From Acidobacteriota bacterium (GTDB lineage Bacteria; Acidobacteriota; UBA6911; RPQK01; JAJDTT01): DNA of 64,000 bases. Location of the stretch: the NCBI GenBank assembly GCA_965209055.1, contig OZ242374.1:1536001-1600000 (forward strand), given 5' to 3'. Positions 1 through 9,429 of the stretch are shown here, piece by piece. The notes below the pieces were generated by a model. That model was not told the origin of the DNA. It did no database searches and saw nothing but the letters and a program-made list of their open reading frames with translations. The position numbers and the translations under genes are program-made. The number at the start of each line of letters is the position of its first letter. The stretch's first letter is position 1.

Positions 1-729
1 GAAGGGGGCTACCACTCGATGCCGCGGCCCTACGCCGACGGACTGCTCCTGGTGGGGGATTCGGCCGGTTTCCTCAACCCGGCCCGGCTGAAGGGGATCC
101 ACTTGGCCATCGAGTCGGGAATGATGGCGGCCGAGGCGGCGTTCGAGGCTCTGGTGGCTCGTGACTGTTCCGCACAACGGCTGAAACGGTACGTCGAGCT
201 GTTCGAAGCCAGCGAGGCCCGAAAGGAACTCCATGGGGCGCGCAACTTCCGGCAGTCCTTCCAAAGAGGGTTCTGGACGGGAGTCCTCTACAACGGTTTG
301 CAGACGCTGACCGGCCTGGGGTGGGGAGGCGTCTGGAAGACGGTGCCGGGCCATGAGCGGATGGAAAGAACGAGTGGTTCCGCAGCGGCCGGGCCGGCGC
401 CGCCGCCTGCCGACGGCGAGCTCACCTTCGACAAGCTCTCAGACGTCTACCTCTCGGACACGGCGCACGAGGAGGACCAGCCGAGCCACCTGAAGATCTC
501 GGACCTGGACCTCTGCCGGGACCGGTGTCGAAAGGAGTACGGCAATCCCTGCCAGCATTTCTGCCCGGCAGGCGTCTACGAGATGGTGCAGGATGGGGAT
601 CGCCCCAGGCTGCAGGTCAACTTCACCAACTGCGTCCACTGCAAAACCTGCGACATCCTGGACCCGTATCAGGTGATCCTGTGGACTCCTCCCGAAGGCG
701 GAGGCGGTCCCGACTACAAGAACATGTAG
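1..729 (+). CDS. Electron transfer flavoprotein-ubiquinone oxidoreductase, C-terminal part (5' truncated by window edge)
   Basis: GDSAGFLN..LKGIHLAIESG FAD region, HEEDQPSHL motif, C-terminal 4Fe-4S motifs (CQHFCPAGVYE, NCVHCKTCDI, PEGGGGPDY). Confidence 0.93.
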   Translation, partial: EGGYHSMPRPYADGLLLVGDSAGFLNPARLKGIHLAIESGMMAAEAAFEALVARDCSAQRLKRYVELFEASEARKELHGARNFRQSFQRGFWTGVLYNGLQTLTGLGWGGVWKTVPGHERMERTSGSAAAGPAPPPADGELTFDKLSDVYLSDTAHEEDQPSHLKISDLDLCRDRCRKEYGNPCQHFCPAGVYEMVQDGDRPRLQVNFTNCVHCKTCDILDPYQVILWTPPEGGGGPDYKNM

Positions 730-749
730 GGGTGCAGGGGCGCCCCTAC
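726..749. terminator. GTAG-type palindrome / probable bidirectional terminator between convergent genes
   Basis: GTAGGGGTG-caggg(g)-CGCCCCTAC hairpin spanning the convergent stop codons of ETF-QO and cstA. Confidence 0.45.
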
Positions 750-2401
750 GATGGTTTTCCCATTCCTCGTCTCAGGCGAAGAGCGGCTTCGACGCCGAGC
801 CAGAGCGAAAGCGCCACGATGATTCCCCCCACGACCAGCAACAGGTGGGCTCCCGAGTTCCAGAAGTCGGCCATTTTGTAGGACATGGCCACCAGGGTCG
901 TGACCAGCATGAAGAGCATGGGAACGCCCGTAAACCAGAACGGGCGCCGGCGGTGCATCAGGTACAGCGTCACCGTCAGCAGGGTGAGCGCCGCCAGAAC
1001 CTGGTTCGTGGTGCCGAACAGTTGCCAGAGCGCCAGGCCGGCGGCCTTTCCGTCCACTCGATAGAAGGCGAAAAATCCGATGGTGGCGACTGCCCCGAGA
1101 GAGGCGACGTAACGGTTCGAGAGAATCCCGACTCCCAGGGTTTCTCCGATTTCGCTGATGTTGAAGCGGAGCAGCCGGGTAGCCGAGTCCAGGGTGGTGA
1201 GGGCGAACGAGATGGCGATGAGGGCGACGAAGGCCTTGGAGAGTTCCAGGGGAATGCCCAGTTGGCTCATGAAGAGGGCGGCTCCGTCGATGAACGCCTT
1301 CATGTTCGGTCCCAGGCCCAGGGCCGTATCCCAGGTCTGGTAGTGGGCCATCCAGAGATCGCGCGTGAGGAAACCCGCCGTGCAGGCCAGCACGGAGACG
1401 AGTCCCAGCAGGGATTCTCCGATCATGCCCCCATAGCCGATGAAGGTGGCGTCGGTTTCCCGGTTGATCTGCTTCGCCGTGGTCCCCGAGGAGACCAGTC
1501 CGTGAAATCCCGAAACGGCTCCGCAGGCGATGACGATGAATACGAAGGGGAAGATAGGGGGAGCTCCGGGCGGATGAGTCTGAACGGCCGGAGCCGCGAA
1601 CTCGGGACCGAGCCAGAAGAACCCGGTGTAGATCAGGAACAATCCCAGGTACAGAAGCAGTGAGTTGATGTAGTCCCGGGGTTGAAGCAGCGACCAGACC
1701 GGCAACACGGAAGCGGCCAGGCTGTAGACCAGCAGGATCACGCTCCACTGCCCCAGGCTCAGATCGGGGCTGGGAAGCTGGACACCCATCCAGACGCTCA
1801 GCAGGGTCACGGCGAAGGCGACGGCGGTGGCCTTCTTGATGGACGCGTTGCGCTTGTACACGAGCCAGCCCACGACCAGAGCGACCACCATCAGGGTTCC
1901 GCTGGGATAGATGGCCTGAGGGTTGTATTGAGTGGTCAGGAGCGTGGCCGAGACGTGGACGAAGACCCCCATGGCCAAGCCGATGAGGAAGAAGATGATG
2001 ATGTGGAACAGGCTCTTGGCCCGGGGACCCACGATGTCCTCGGCCACCTTGCCCACCGACATGCCCTTGGCGCGCATGGAGATCACCAATGCGCTGAAGT
2101 CGTGGACGGCTCCGATGAAGAGCGTGCCCAGAACCACCCAGAGCATGGCCGGGACCCATCCCCAGATCACCGCGATGGCGGGACCCAGCATGGGGGACAG
2201 GCCGGCGATGGAGGCGTAGTGATGTCCGAACAGCACCCACCGGTTCGCCGGGACGTAGTCCACTCCGTCTTTCAGCTCATGGGCGGGCGTGGTGGCGTTC
2301 GGATCCAGCCGGAAGATCCTCCGGCCCAGGTATTTGCCGTAGAACCTGTAGCCGATCAGGTAGAGGCAGAAGCAAAGCAGGGCGGCGAGGATCGGACTCA
2401 T
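746..2401 (-). CDS. cstA: Carbon starvation protein A (peptide/pyruvate transporter)
   Basis: TPAH..DGVDYVP, LFGHHYASIAG, LLQPRDYINS, IACGAVSGFH motifs; many TM segments; start taken at MSPILAALL. Confidence 0.93.
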   Translation of the reverse strand: MSPILAALLCFCLYLIGYRFYGKYLGRRIFRLDPNATTPAHELKDGVDYVPANRWVLFGHHYASIAGLSPMLGPAIAVIWGWVPAMLWVVLGTLFIGAVHDFSALVISMRAKGMSVGKVAEDIVGPRAKSLFHIIIFFLIGLAMGVFVHVSATLLTTQYNPQAIYPSGTLMVVALVVGWLVYKRNASIKKATAVAFAVTLLSVWMGVQLPSPDLSLGQWSVILLVYSLAASVLPVWSLLQPRDYINSLLLYLGLFLIYTGFFWLGPEFAAPAVQTHPPGAPPIFPFVFIVIACGAVSGFHGLVSSGTTAKQINRETDATFIGYGGMIGESLLGLVSVLACTAGFLTRDLWMAHYQTWDTALGLGPNMKAFIDGAALFMSQLGIPLELSKAFVALIAISFALTTLDSATRLLRFNISEIGETLGVGILSNRYVASLGAVATIGFFAFYRVDGKAAGLALWQLFGTTNQVLAALTLLTVTLYLMHRRRPFWFTGVPMLFMLVTTLVAMSYKMADFWNSGAHLLLVVGGIIVALSLWLGVEAALRLRRGMGKPS

Positions 2402-2421
2402 GGATACGGTCTCCTGTGGGA

Positions 2422-5400
2422 TCAGTACCAGCGGTCGACGCGGCGGGTGTTCCACTCCTGCAGGTAGCGTTGGTGGGCCGGCGTGTCCGGATAACGCTCG
2501 TTCGGGCCGTACGGAAATCGGCTCATGCCGTGGAAAGGCAGCGGACCGACCGTGTCGGGGGAGGCCGAATGGAGGTCCATATCCTTCCCGAATCCATCCA
2601 CATACACCAGAAAATCCCTCACCCATCCTTCGGGGGGAGGAGGAATCCGGTCCAGATCGAAGAACGCCTCGATCTCGTCGCCGGCGCGCGTGGCCACGAA
2701 CATGTCGTCCCGTTCGAGCAGCAGCGGACTCACCTCGCCGAACCGGGTGTAGTTGCCGATGTGCGCCTTCCAGGGAGCCGTGGGAAGGATTTGGCTGCGG
2801 TCGTAACCCAGGAGCGGTTTCCCGATCCCGGCCGGAAATCCCAGGTAGTGAAGATCGGCTTGTTGGGGACTGAGCCGGAAAGTCCTGAAGTCGCGCCGGG
2901 GAGGACTCGCGTCCACCCGAATCCGGTCCCAGTGGATCCGCATGTTGGTTCGAATCCGAACCTTCCGGCTGTCGCTCAGGAACTTGCCCGAGAGATCGAC
3001 GGTCATGGGTTTGGGAAGGCCAGCGGGAAAGCCCATGCGCTCGATGACGGTCACCCAGACGCCGTTCGCATCCTGAACCTGGAGGACCGGGGGACTCAGG
3101 CTCAGACCCGACTGGGAGGCCGCCAGGTTGCTGGTGCTGTCCGCATAGTCGATCCAGGCGTCCAGCAGGAGGCGCGTGTTCTCTCCCGAAACCGGGCCCA
3201 GATCCAGGATCAGGTCATGAGGCTCGGCATACCCCTTGAAGGGCAGGTTGCGAAACAGGTCCGGGTATTTTCCGTCCAGTTTGCCGAGGGCCGGCAGAAG
3301 ATTTCGGCCCTTGCCGTCGGTGGCCCGAAGCGGCGGCCTTGGATCGGAAAAGGTCAGGATCCGAAAGCCGGCATAGGGAGGTCCCGGAAGCAGCTTCTCG
3401 TCCGGGTAGATCTCATAGTCGCCCGGATGGTCCACCACCACCACCTCGAGTTGGTCGAACAGGATCAACTCTTCCAGCTGGTTGTTCAGCGTGACCGCCA
3501 GACGTCCGTCCTTCAGACCCACCTGGCTCCGGTTCAGCTTCACGTATTCGTCGGTGTCGGGATAGTTGAAGGTCCCCGGCGCCAGCAGGTAACCGTAGGC
3601 GCTCCCTCCCAGGAAATCGGTTTGAAAGACGTAGCGTTCTCCGTTCCAGACGTAGAGGATGGGACAGCTCGTCCCCTTGCGGTCCAGCTCCTGGATCTCC
3701 AGAGCCTGGTTCACCTGCTGATTCAGTTCCGACTGCAGGACCCCGCCGGGCCACAGCAGCCGGACGATGTCGATGTCCTGCCGGGGGCCCAGTCCGAAGT
3801 GCAGGGTGGCCGAATTCTGGCTCAGAAAGCCGTAGCCGCCGCGCACCTCTCCTTTCTGCAGGAGGCGGCCGCTGCGGATCTCGACCTTGGTTCCGATGCC
3901 GCTGCGGTTGCTGTTGGTCCCGCGGGCGGTCACCGAGACCCAACTGTTGCGGTTGCCTCCCTGATTCCGCAGCAGCAGGGGAGGATGTCCGTTCACGTTG
4001 GCGACCAGGTCCAGGTCTCCGTCCCGGTCGTAGTCGGCGGCGCTCACGCCGCGAACCGGGAGGCCGCGGAATTCATCGAGGCCCGCCTGCCGGCTCACGT
4101 CCTGGAAACGGCCCCGGTGATTGGCCAGGAGGTGGAAATTGCGGCGCGGATCCTCCCAGCTCGAGGTGAACAGGGGAGCCGAGACGAGCAGAAGGTCCTG
4201 GTCGCCATCGTTGTCAAAGTCCAGAAGGTGGGCCGTGTGCACGTGACCCGGCGTCTTCCAATTCTCCGGCATCCAGTTTTGGCGGCGAGCGTACCGGCGG
4301 TTCCTCGCTTGCTGGGTCCAGAGGTTGAAGCCGGATCCGGTCAGAGCGGGGAGCGCCAGGTCCAGGACGCCCCGGTGCGCCAAATCTCCGATTCCGACGC
4401 CTACCCCGTCACCGTCACCGGAGACGCCGGCCGCTTCGGCCATGTCCATAAAGGTTCCGTCCCGCTGATTGCTGAAGAGCTGGTTCGGGGCGCCCTGATT
4501 GACGAAATAGAAGTCGATGTCCCTTCGGTTGTCGAAGTCCGTGCAGACGGAAGACCAGGTCTGCAACCGCTCCCCGGCCAAGCCGGAGGATTCGCTGACG
4601 TCGGTGAAGGTCCCGTCGGAGTTGTTGCGGAACAACGAGTTGTTCGCTCCCGGGAAATCCTGGGGAAACCGGGTCCCGGACTCGAGGCTCTCGGGGCGCA
4701 CCGTGAGGTTGGTCACCAGGAGGTCCAGGTCTCCGTCGTGGTCGTAGTCGACGAACGCTCCCCCGCTCCCCCAGGCAGGGTCGCCGACCCGCGCCTGCTC
4801 CGTCACGTCCAGAAAGCGGCCGTCTCCTTCATTCCTGTAGAGCACGTTGGGCCCGTAGTTGATGAGGTAGAGGTCCAGGTCCTGGTCGTTGTCGTAGTCT
4901 CCCCAGACGCCGTGCATGGTCCGGCCTTTTTGTTCGAGCCCCGCCTCACGGCTCGTCTCCTGAAACGTGCCGTCTCCCCGGTTTCGGAAGAGGGAGCTCC
5001 GGCTTCCACCCGGGCCGGAGTTGGCCAGGAAAAGGTCCTCGTGACCATCTCCATCGTAATCGCCGAAGGAACTTCCCGATCCGACCCACGGGACCAGCCC
5101 ATCCTCCAATTCCTGGACCGACGACACTTCGGATATGGCCTTCCCCGGGCCATCGTGTCGAAAGTTCAGCCCCGCAGACGCCCCGACCTCCCGGAATCGA
5201 ACCACGAATTCCTCTCGGCTCTCGCCGGATGGTTGTGGAAGGTAGTCGTCGAGATTCTCCAGCACCAGGGCATAGCGTCCCTGCTCCAGGTATTGGAGTC
5301 CCAGTGTCGTGGCCCCGAACATGCCCTGGAGGGTTCGAAATTTCTCCATCTCCGCGCGGCCTTCCTCGGCCTGGCCGCTGCGGGTCAGAGCGATGGCCAG

Positions 5401-5922
5401 ATTGTAGTGAGCCGAAGCGTTGTACGGCTCCAGAGAGAGGACCTTTCTGAAGTGGCCGATGGCTTCCTCGTAGCGGCGGCCACGGGAACTCAGCAGTCCC
5501 AGGTAGTACTGGGTGGACGGATCCTGGGGGTCCTGCCGGGAGACCTGGCCGAACGCCTCCGCCGCCTTCGCCGCCTCGTCCTGGTTCCGATAGATGAGGC
5601 CCATCATGTAGTGGGACTGGATCTGCTCCGGATCCAATTCCAAGGCCTGCTGGAAGGATCGGGCAGCTTCCTCGTGGAGTTGCTGATTGAACAGCGCGAC
5701 GCCCAGGTTCACGTGGCCGGGCACGAAATTCGGGTCCAGTTCCAGAAGACGGGAAAACTCGTTGCCGGCAGCCTTGTAGTCGAGTTGTTCCATGTAGGCC
5801 ACGCCCCGGCTGTTGAGCCGCAGGAGTTCCGTCACCTCAGCCGAATCGCTCCGGGGGGGCAACCCGAACAGAGTCCAAAGGACGACACCGGCGAGGAAGG
5901 GAATCAGAAGCAGACGCACCAT
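2422..5922 (-). CDS. Secreted TPR + FG-GAP/VCBS repeat + ASPIC/UnbV (CRTAC1-like) protein
   Basis: N-terminal signal/TM, TPR repeats, repeated DYDxDGDxDL motifs, 'LHFGLG...VRLLWPGG' ASPIC/UnbV signature, GTSCPILYVWNG C-terminal domain. Confidence 0.88.
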   Translation of the reverse strand: MVRLLLIPFLAGVVLWTLFGLPPRSDSAEVTELLRLNSRGVAYMEQLDYKAAGNEFSRLLELDPNFVPGHVNLGVALFNQQLHEEAARSFQQALELDPEQIQSHYMMGLIYRNQDEAAKAAEAFGQVSRQDPQDPSTQYYLGLLSSRGRRYEEAIGHFRKVLSLEPYNASAHYNLAIALTRSGQAEEGRAEMEKFRTLQGMFGATTLGLQYLEQGRYALVLENLDDYLPQPSGESREEFVVRFREVGASAGLNFRHDGPGKAISEVSSVQELEDGLVPWVGSGSSFGDYDGDGHEDLFLANSGPGGSRSSLFRNRGDGTFQETSREAGLEQKGRTMHGVWGDYDNDQDLDLYLINYGPNVLYRNEGDGRFLDVTEQARVGDPAWGSGGAFVDYDHDGDLDLLVTNLTVRPESLESGTRFPQDFPGANNSLFRNNSDGTFTDVSESSGLAGERLQTWSSVCTDFDNRRDIDFYFVNQGAPNQLFSNQRDGTFMDMAEAAGVSGDGDGVGVGIGDLAHRGVLDLALPALTGSGFNLWTQQARNRRYARRQNWMPENWKTPGHVHTAHLLDFDNDGDQDLLLVSAPLFTSSWEDPRRNFHLLANHRGRFQDVSRQAGLDEFRGLPVRGVSAADYDRDGDLDLVANVNGHPPLLLRNQGGNRNSWVSVTARGTNSNRSGIGTKVEIRSGRLLQKGEVRGGYGFLSQNSATLHFGLGPRQDIDIVRLLWPGGVLQSELNQQVNQALEIQELDRKGTSCPILYVWNGERYVFQTDFLGGSAYGYLLAPGTFNYPDTDEYVKLNRSQVGLKDGRLAVTLNNQLEELILFDQLEVVVVDHPGDYEIYPDEKLLPGPPYAGFRILTFSDPRPPLRATDGKGRNLLPALGKLDGKYPDLFRNLPFKGYAEPHDLILDLGPVSGENTRLLLDAWIDYADSTSNLAASQSGLSLSPPVLQVQDANGVWVTVIERMGFPAGLPKPMTVDLSGKFLSDSRKVRIRTNMRIHWDRIRVDASPPRRDFRTFRLSPQQADLHYLGFPAGIGKPLLGYDRSQILPTAPWKAHIGNYTRFGEVSPLLLERDDMFVATRAGDEIEAFFDLDRIPPPPEGWVRDFLVYVDGFGKDMDLHSASPDTVGPLPFHGMSRFPYGPNERYPDTPAHQRYLQEWNTRRVDRWY

Positions 5923-5925
5923 GGC

Positions 5926-6579
5926 TCAAGACCGCCCGTGGAAGGAATAGACGTACTCTTTGAAACCGTTTCGAAGCCTGAAGGAGCTGAACAACCGGAA
6001 ATGGGGCATCATGCGGTTCAGGTCCGCACGGTGATATTGAGGCGAAGGGCGCTGCAGCGAGGAGAGGTACTCGTAGCGGAGCCGCTCCGAATCGATGATC
6101 TGGAATCGGATCGGTCTCTCGGGAATGTGCCGGTTCGTGGAAATCATGGTGAACAGCAGGGTCCCCGGATGGCAAAAGCGGTCCAGGTGCCTGACCAGGG
6201 CGGCGAGCTCGAGTTCTTCCAGGTAGTTGAACAGGTCCCAACCCAGGATGAGGTCGAAGCGCGTCTCCTCTCCGTAGGGGAAAACGTAGCCGTAGACGGC
6301 GTCATAGGAACGGGGCTCGCGGGGATCGAAGAAGTCGAAGGAGGACAAGGTCTCGTAGAGGTCTTCGATTGCGATGTGCAGGGAGCGAAAGCCCTGGGAG
6401 AGGAATTGGAGGTTCGAGGCGTAAGCCGACCCCAGGTCCAATACGCTCAATCTCCGGTGGCCCCGGACCTGATTGTAGGCGATGTTGAAACCGATGGAGG
6501 AGTGAACTTCGGCTTCCGGCAGAGTCGGTTCCGGATCGGATCTGGGCTCAGAATTTCGGAGAAGGGACCACCGCATCAC
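5926..6579 (-). CDS. Class I SAM-dependent methyltransferase-like protein
   Basis: VLDLGS motif I, FDLILGWDLFNYL motif; coupled to flanking genes. Confidence 0.65.
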   Translation of the reverse strand: MMRWSLLRNSEPRSDPEPTLPEAEVHSSIGFNIAYNQVRGHRRLSVLDLGSAYASNLQFLSQGFRSLHIAIEDLYETLSSFDFFDPREPRSYDAVYGYVFPYGEETRFDLILGWDLFNYLEELELAALVRHLDRFCHPGTLLFTMISTNRHIPERPIRFQIIDSERLRYEYLSSLQRPSPQYHRADLNRMMPHFRLFSSFRLRNGFKEYVYSFHGRS

Positions 6580-7142
6580 GCCTTTGGAAAGGGGGATGCG
6601 GTTTCGGTGGAGATGACTGGTTCGGAAACGACTCCCGGTGAAGCCAGCGCAGCATCCACGGTCGAGTCTTCACTTTGGGATTCCTTGCCATCGACCGCCG
6701 ACGACTCCTGGTCATCGTTATTGTCGCCCATGTCGATGCTGCCCTTGAACCGGCAACCCTCTTCCAGAACGACTTGCGGAGCGATGAGGTTTCCCCGCAC
6801 GCTTCCGGTCCCACGCAGGACGATCTTCTCTTCGCCCTGAATGGTCCCTTCGACGCTGCCCTCGATGCTGACCAACTTGGCGAACATGTCCGCCTTGATC
6901 CGCCCCTCCCGGCCAACGGTGAGAGTTTGGTTGGCAAGCGATAACTTTCCTTCAATCCGGCCATTGACCAACAGGTCCTGGCCGCCGCTCACCTCCCCGT
7001 GGATGACGATGGCCGTTCCGATGACGGCTCTTTCCTTCAGCCGTTTGACGGGGTTCCGTTGGATGGGGTTCCGTGGCTCAGGCCCAGGTTGGACCGCGTC
7101 CACGGCAGGAATAGATGGTTCAGGCGATTCTTTTTTCCACAT
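6576..7142 (-). CDS. Bactofilin (polymer-forming cytoskeletal protein)
   Basis: AVIGTAIVIHGEV...DLLVNGRIEG...G.V.GNLIAP.VVLEEG.RFKGSIDM beta-helix. Confidence 0.9.
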   Translation of the reverse strand: MWKKESPEPSIPAVDAVQPGPEPRNPIQRNPVKRLKERAVIGTAIVIHGEVSGGQDLLVNGRIEGKLSLANQTLTVGREGRIKADMFAKLVSIEGSVEGTIQGEEKIVLRGTGSVRGNLIAPQVVLEEGCRFKGSIDMGDNNDDQESSAVDGKESQSEDSTVDAALASPGVVSEPVISTETASPFPKA

Positions 7143-7238
7143 TCGGCGCTCCAAGATAGGATAGCTCTCTTTTATAGGCTAATACGCCGCAAGTCAACCG
7201 GGCCGGGCCGGTAGTTCCATCGATCAGAGGGCGCTACA

Positions 7239-7715
7239 ATGCCGAAAAATCAGTCCATGAAATCGGTTGAGAGCAGAGTGCGGGATCTGACGAGAGAATT
7301 CTTCGCTTACTATCCGGATTATCGGTTATGCAACACCTTGGCCGTCAACGTCGAGAATGGCGTGACGAGCTACGGGGATGCGCTGTCCGCCATGTCCGGC
7401 AAGGCGCGGGCCGCCGAGTTGAATCGCGAGGCCATCGAAGAGAAGCTGAACCTCCGGAGTGTCAACGTCCAGGGCCGGACGGTGCGAATCGGCGAACTCT
7501 CCCTGGGAGAGATCCTGCGACTGGATCTCGAAACTTGCCGGACCGTGGTGGACTTCTATTTCAAGCATCCCTATGCCCATGGCCGAACCAGAAAATCGCG
7601 ATGGTGGCCGAGGTGGTTTCGGACTCTCTTTCTCTCGACCATTCTGGGACACGCCAAGAGAAACGGAATCGAACTGGATTACGGCAGCTGCTTCGAGATC
7701 TTGAGGCTGTTATGA
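7239..7715 (+). CDS. Hypothetical protein
   Basis: 158-aa ORF with protein-like composition, divergent from bactofilin. Confidence 0.6.
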   Translation: MPKNQSMKSVESRVRDLTREFFAYYPDYRLCNTLAVNVENGVTSYGDALSAMSGKARAAELNREAIEEKLNLRSVNVQGRTVRIGELSLGEILRLDLETCRTVVDFYFKHPYAHGRTRKSRWWPRWFRTLFLSTILGHAKRNGIELDYGSCFEILRLL

Positions 7716-7734
7716 CCGGCGCGGATGGAGACAA

Positions 7735-8043
7735 GTGAAGCGGACTCGAGTGGCGATTCTTCTGTTGCCGGTGGTTTTTCTGGGAGCTCTCCTCGTTCTC
7801 AGGTCCTACCGGATCGATCTGGTCCATACTGTTGTCCTGGAGGGCCTGCTGGAACGGGCGCCGGAAGGAACCCCCCGGCAACCGATCATCGATGCCTTCG
7901 AGAATGCGCGACGCCGAGCCCTGGAGACGGACCATGCCGAGGTTTACCTGGAACAGCTCTTCATGATTTCCCGGCGCTTGGAGAAGATCCAACACGTGGA
8001 CGACGAGCAGGTCGCCCAGATGCTGCAAATCCTAAGGCAATGA
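7735..8043 (+). CDS. Hypothetical membrane-anchored protein
   Basis: GGAG SD upstream, N-terminal hydrophobic helix. Confidence 0.6.
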   Translation: MKRTRVAILLLPVVFLGALLVLRSYRIDLVHTVVLEGLLERAPEGTPRQPIIDAFENARRRALETDHAEVYLEQLFMISRRLEKIQHVDDEQVAQMLQILRQ

Positions 8044-8141
8044 GCAGCCTTTACTCTCTCCCCGGCTGTCGTGAGACCGACGGCATGCTCCCCCGGTCGA
8101 AGGCCGTGACGACCCTTGCCGCAGGCTGCTAATCTATAGGC

Positions 8142-8945
8142 GTGTTGTGTCCGCGTTGCCGTACCCGGAGCCGTGGGAACGTCTGCGCCAACTGCGGTTG
8201 GACGCCTGAAGCGCGACAGCGGACCATTGCGTTCCAATCCGAGTCTGTCCATTCATCCCAAGGCAGGACCGCCCACGACGTGACCCCCGGCCACGGCGCC
8301 GGTAGGGGTTCCGTCGGGGAAAACCCCTCGGGATTTCAGCGTGCGAGAACCGGCCAGGGCGACAACAGGCGGATCATTGGCGTCGCCGGGAGGCCGCGAT
8401 CCGGAAATCCGTCCAGGATTCATCGCCAGCAGAAGCTGAAGCTGGAGACTCTGCCTCCCGCCCCGCCGGTCGTAGAGCCGCCCGAGCCCGCGGTCACGGT
8501 GCCCAGCCCGCCGAGGGAGATCCTTCTGTCACGGATACTGGCTGCGATCCTGGACCTCTCGTTGGCGGGCCTGATCGGTTTTTCTTTCTGTCTCCTGGCT
8601 TCCCGGGCACTGAACCTCGACTTCTTTTCGCTTGCGTCGTTCCGGCTCGGAGGCGTCTGCACCGCCGGGATCTACCTCTTCACTTCCTTCTTCTTTCTCC
8701 TGGGCGCCGGACAAACGCCCGGAATGTACTTCACGCGTCTGAGGCTGGTGAGCGAGAAGCAGCAGGGGTCCATATCCATGTTGGCCGTCGCCCTGTGGAT
8801 CTTTCTCTATCCTCCGGTGACTTTGACCCTGGTGGGACTCTTGTGGGGACTCATCGATCCTTGGAGGCGGTGCATCCACGATCGTCTGAGCGGCACCCGG
8901 GTCGTCTCATTGGTCGAGCCGGTCAGCGCTCCACTTCCCGAATGA
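8142..8945 (+). CDS. RDD family membrane protein with N-terminal Zn ribbon
   Basis: CPRC..CANC; RILAAILD, GQTPGM, HDRLSGTRVV RDD motifs. Confidence 0.85.
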   Translation: MLCPRCRTRSRGNVCANCGWTPEARQRTIAFQSESVHSSQGRTAHDVTPGHGAGRGSVGENPSGFQRARTGQGDNRRIIGVAGRPRSGNPSRIHRQQKLKLETLPPAPPVVEPPEPAVTVPSPPREILLSRILAAILDLSLAGLIGFSFCLLASRALNLDFFSLASFRLGGVCTAGIYLFTSFFFLLGAGQTPGMYFTRLRLVSEKQQGSISMLAVALWIFLYPPVTLTLVGLLWGLIDPWRRCIHDRLSGTRVVSLVEPVSAPLPE

Positions 8946-9381
8946 ACTGATTCACCAGCGTCCTCAGGCGGGGACGGCAGCGGTACTCGACATCGGGGTC
9001 GGCAAGAAACACCTCGACAACGACGACCATGGCCGAAATCGGATCCTCCGAATCCGTTTCCGAGAACGGGTGGGCGGCCAGGAGATCCAAGGCCTGGCGG
9101 AAGTCGCGCCGTTGCAGAAACCTCTGCAGAGGAAACTGTTTCAGGACCAGGCCCAGGATTTGGCAGAATGCCGGGAACCGTTTTTCGTAGAGCAGGAGCG
9201 GGACCAGGTGGTGGCTGTCGTCCGGCGGTTCGCCGGTATGAGCCGAATCGAGCAGCCTATGGAGTTCACCGGCTGAAGCGGCCGAACGGCGCCGGCCGAT
9301 GAACAGCAAGATGCCCAGGGCAAGCAGGACCAGGGCGAAGATGAGCAGTAGTAAGGGGTAGCTGAGGAGCGCCTGTTGCAC
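8923..9381 (-). CDS. Hypothetical membrane-anchored protein
   Basis: N-terminal TM helix followed by soluble domain. Confidence 0.55.
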   Translation of the reverse strand: MQQALLSYPLLLLIFALVLLALGILLFIGRRRSAASAGELHRLLDSAHTGEPPDDSHHLVPLLLYEKRFPAFCQILGLVLKQFPLQRFLQRRDFRQALDLLAAHPFSETDSEDPISAMVVVVEVFLADPDVEYRCRPRLRTLVNQFIREVER

Positions 9382-9429
9382 GTGTCATCCGCCAAGCCGG
9401 CATCATCCGCTGGTGTGGGTGTGATGCTT

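Noticed and set aside
2416-6840. 1474-aa plus-strand ORF
   Set aside because: Antisense shadow of the ASPIC/MTase/bactofilin genes in GC-rich DNA; no recognisable motifs.
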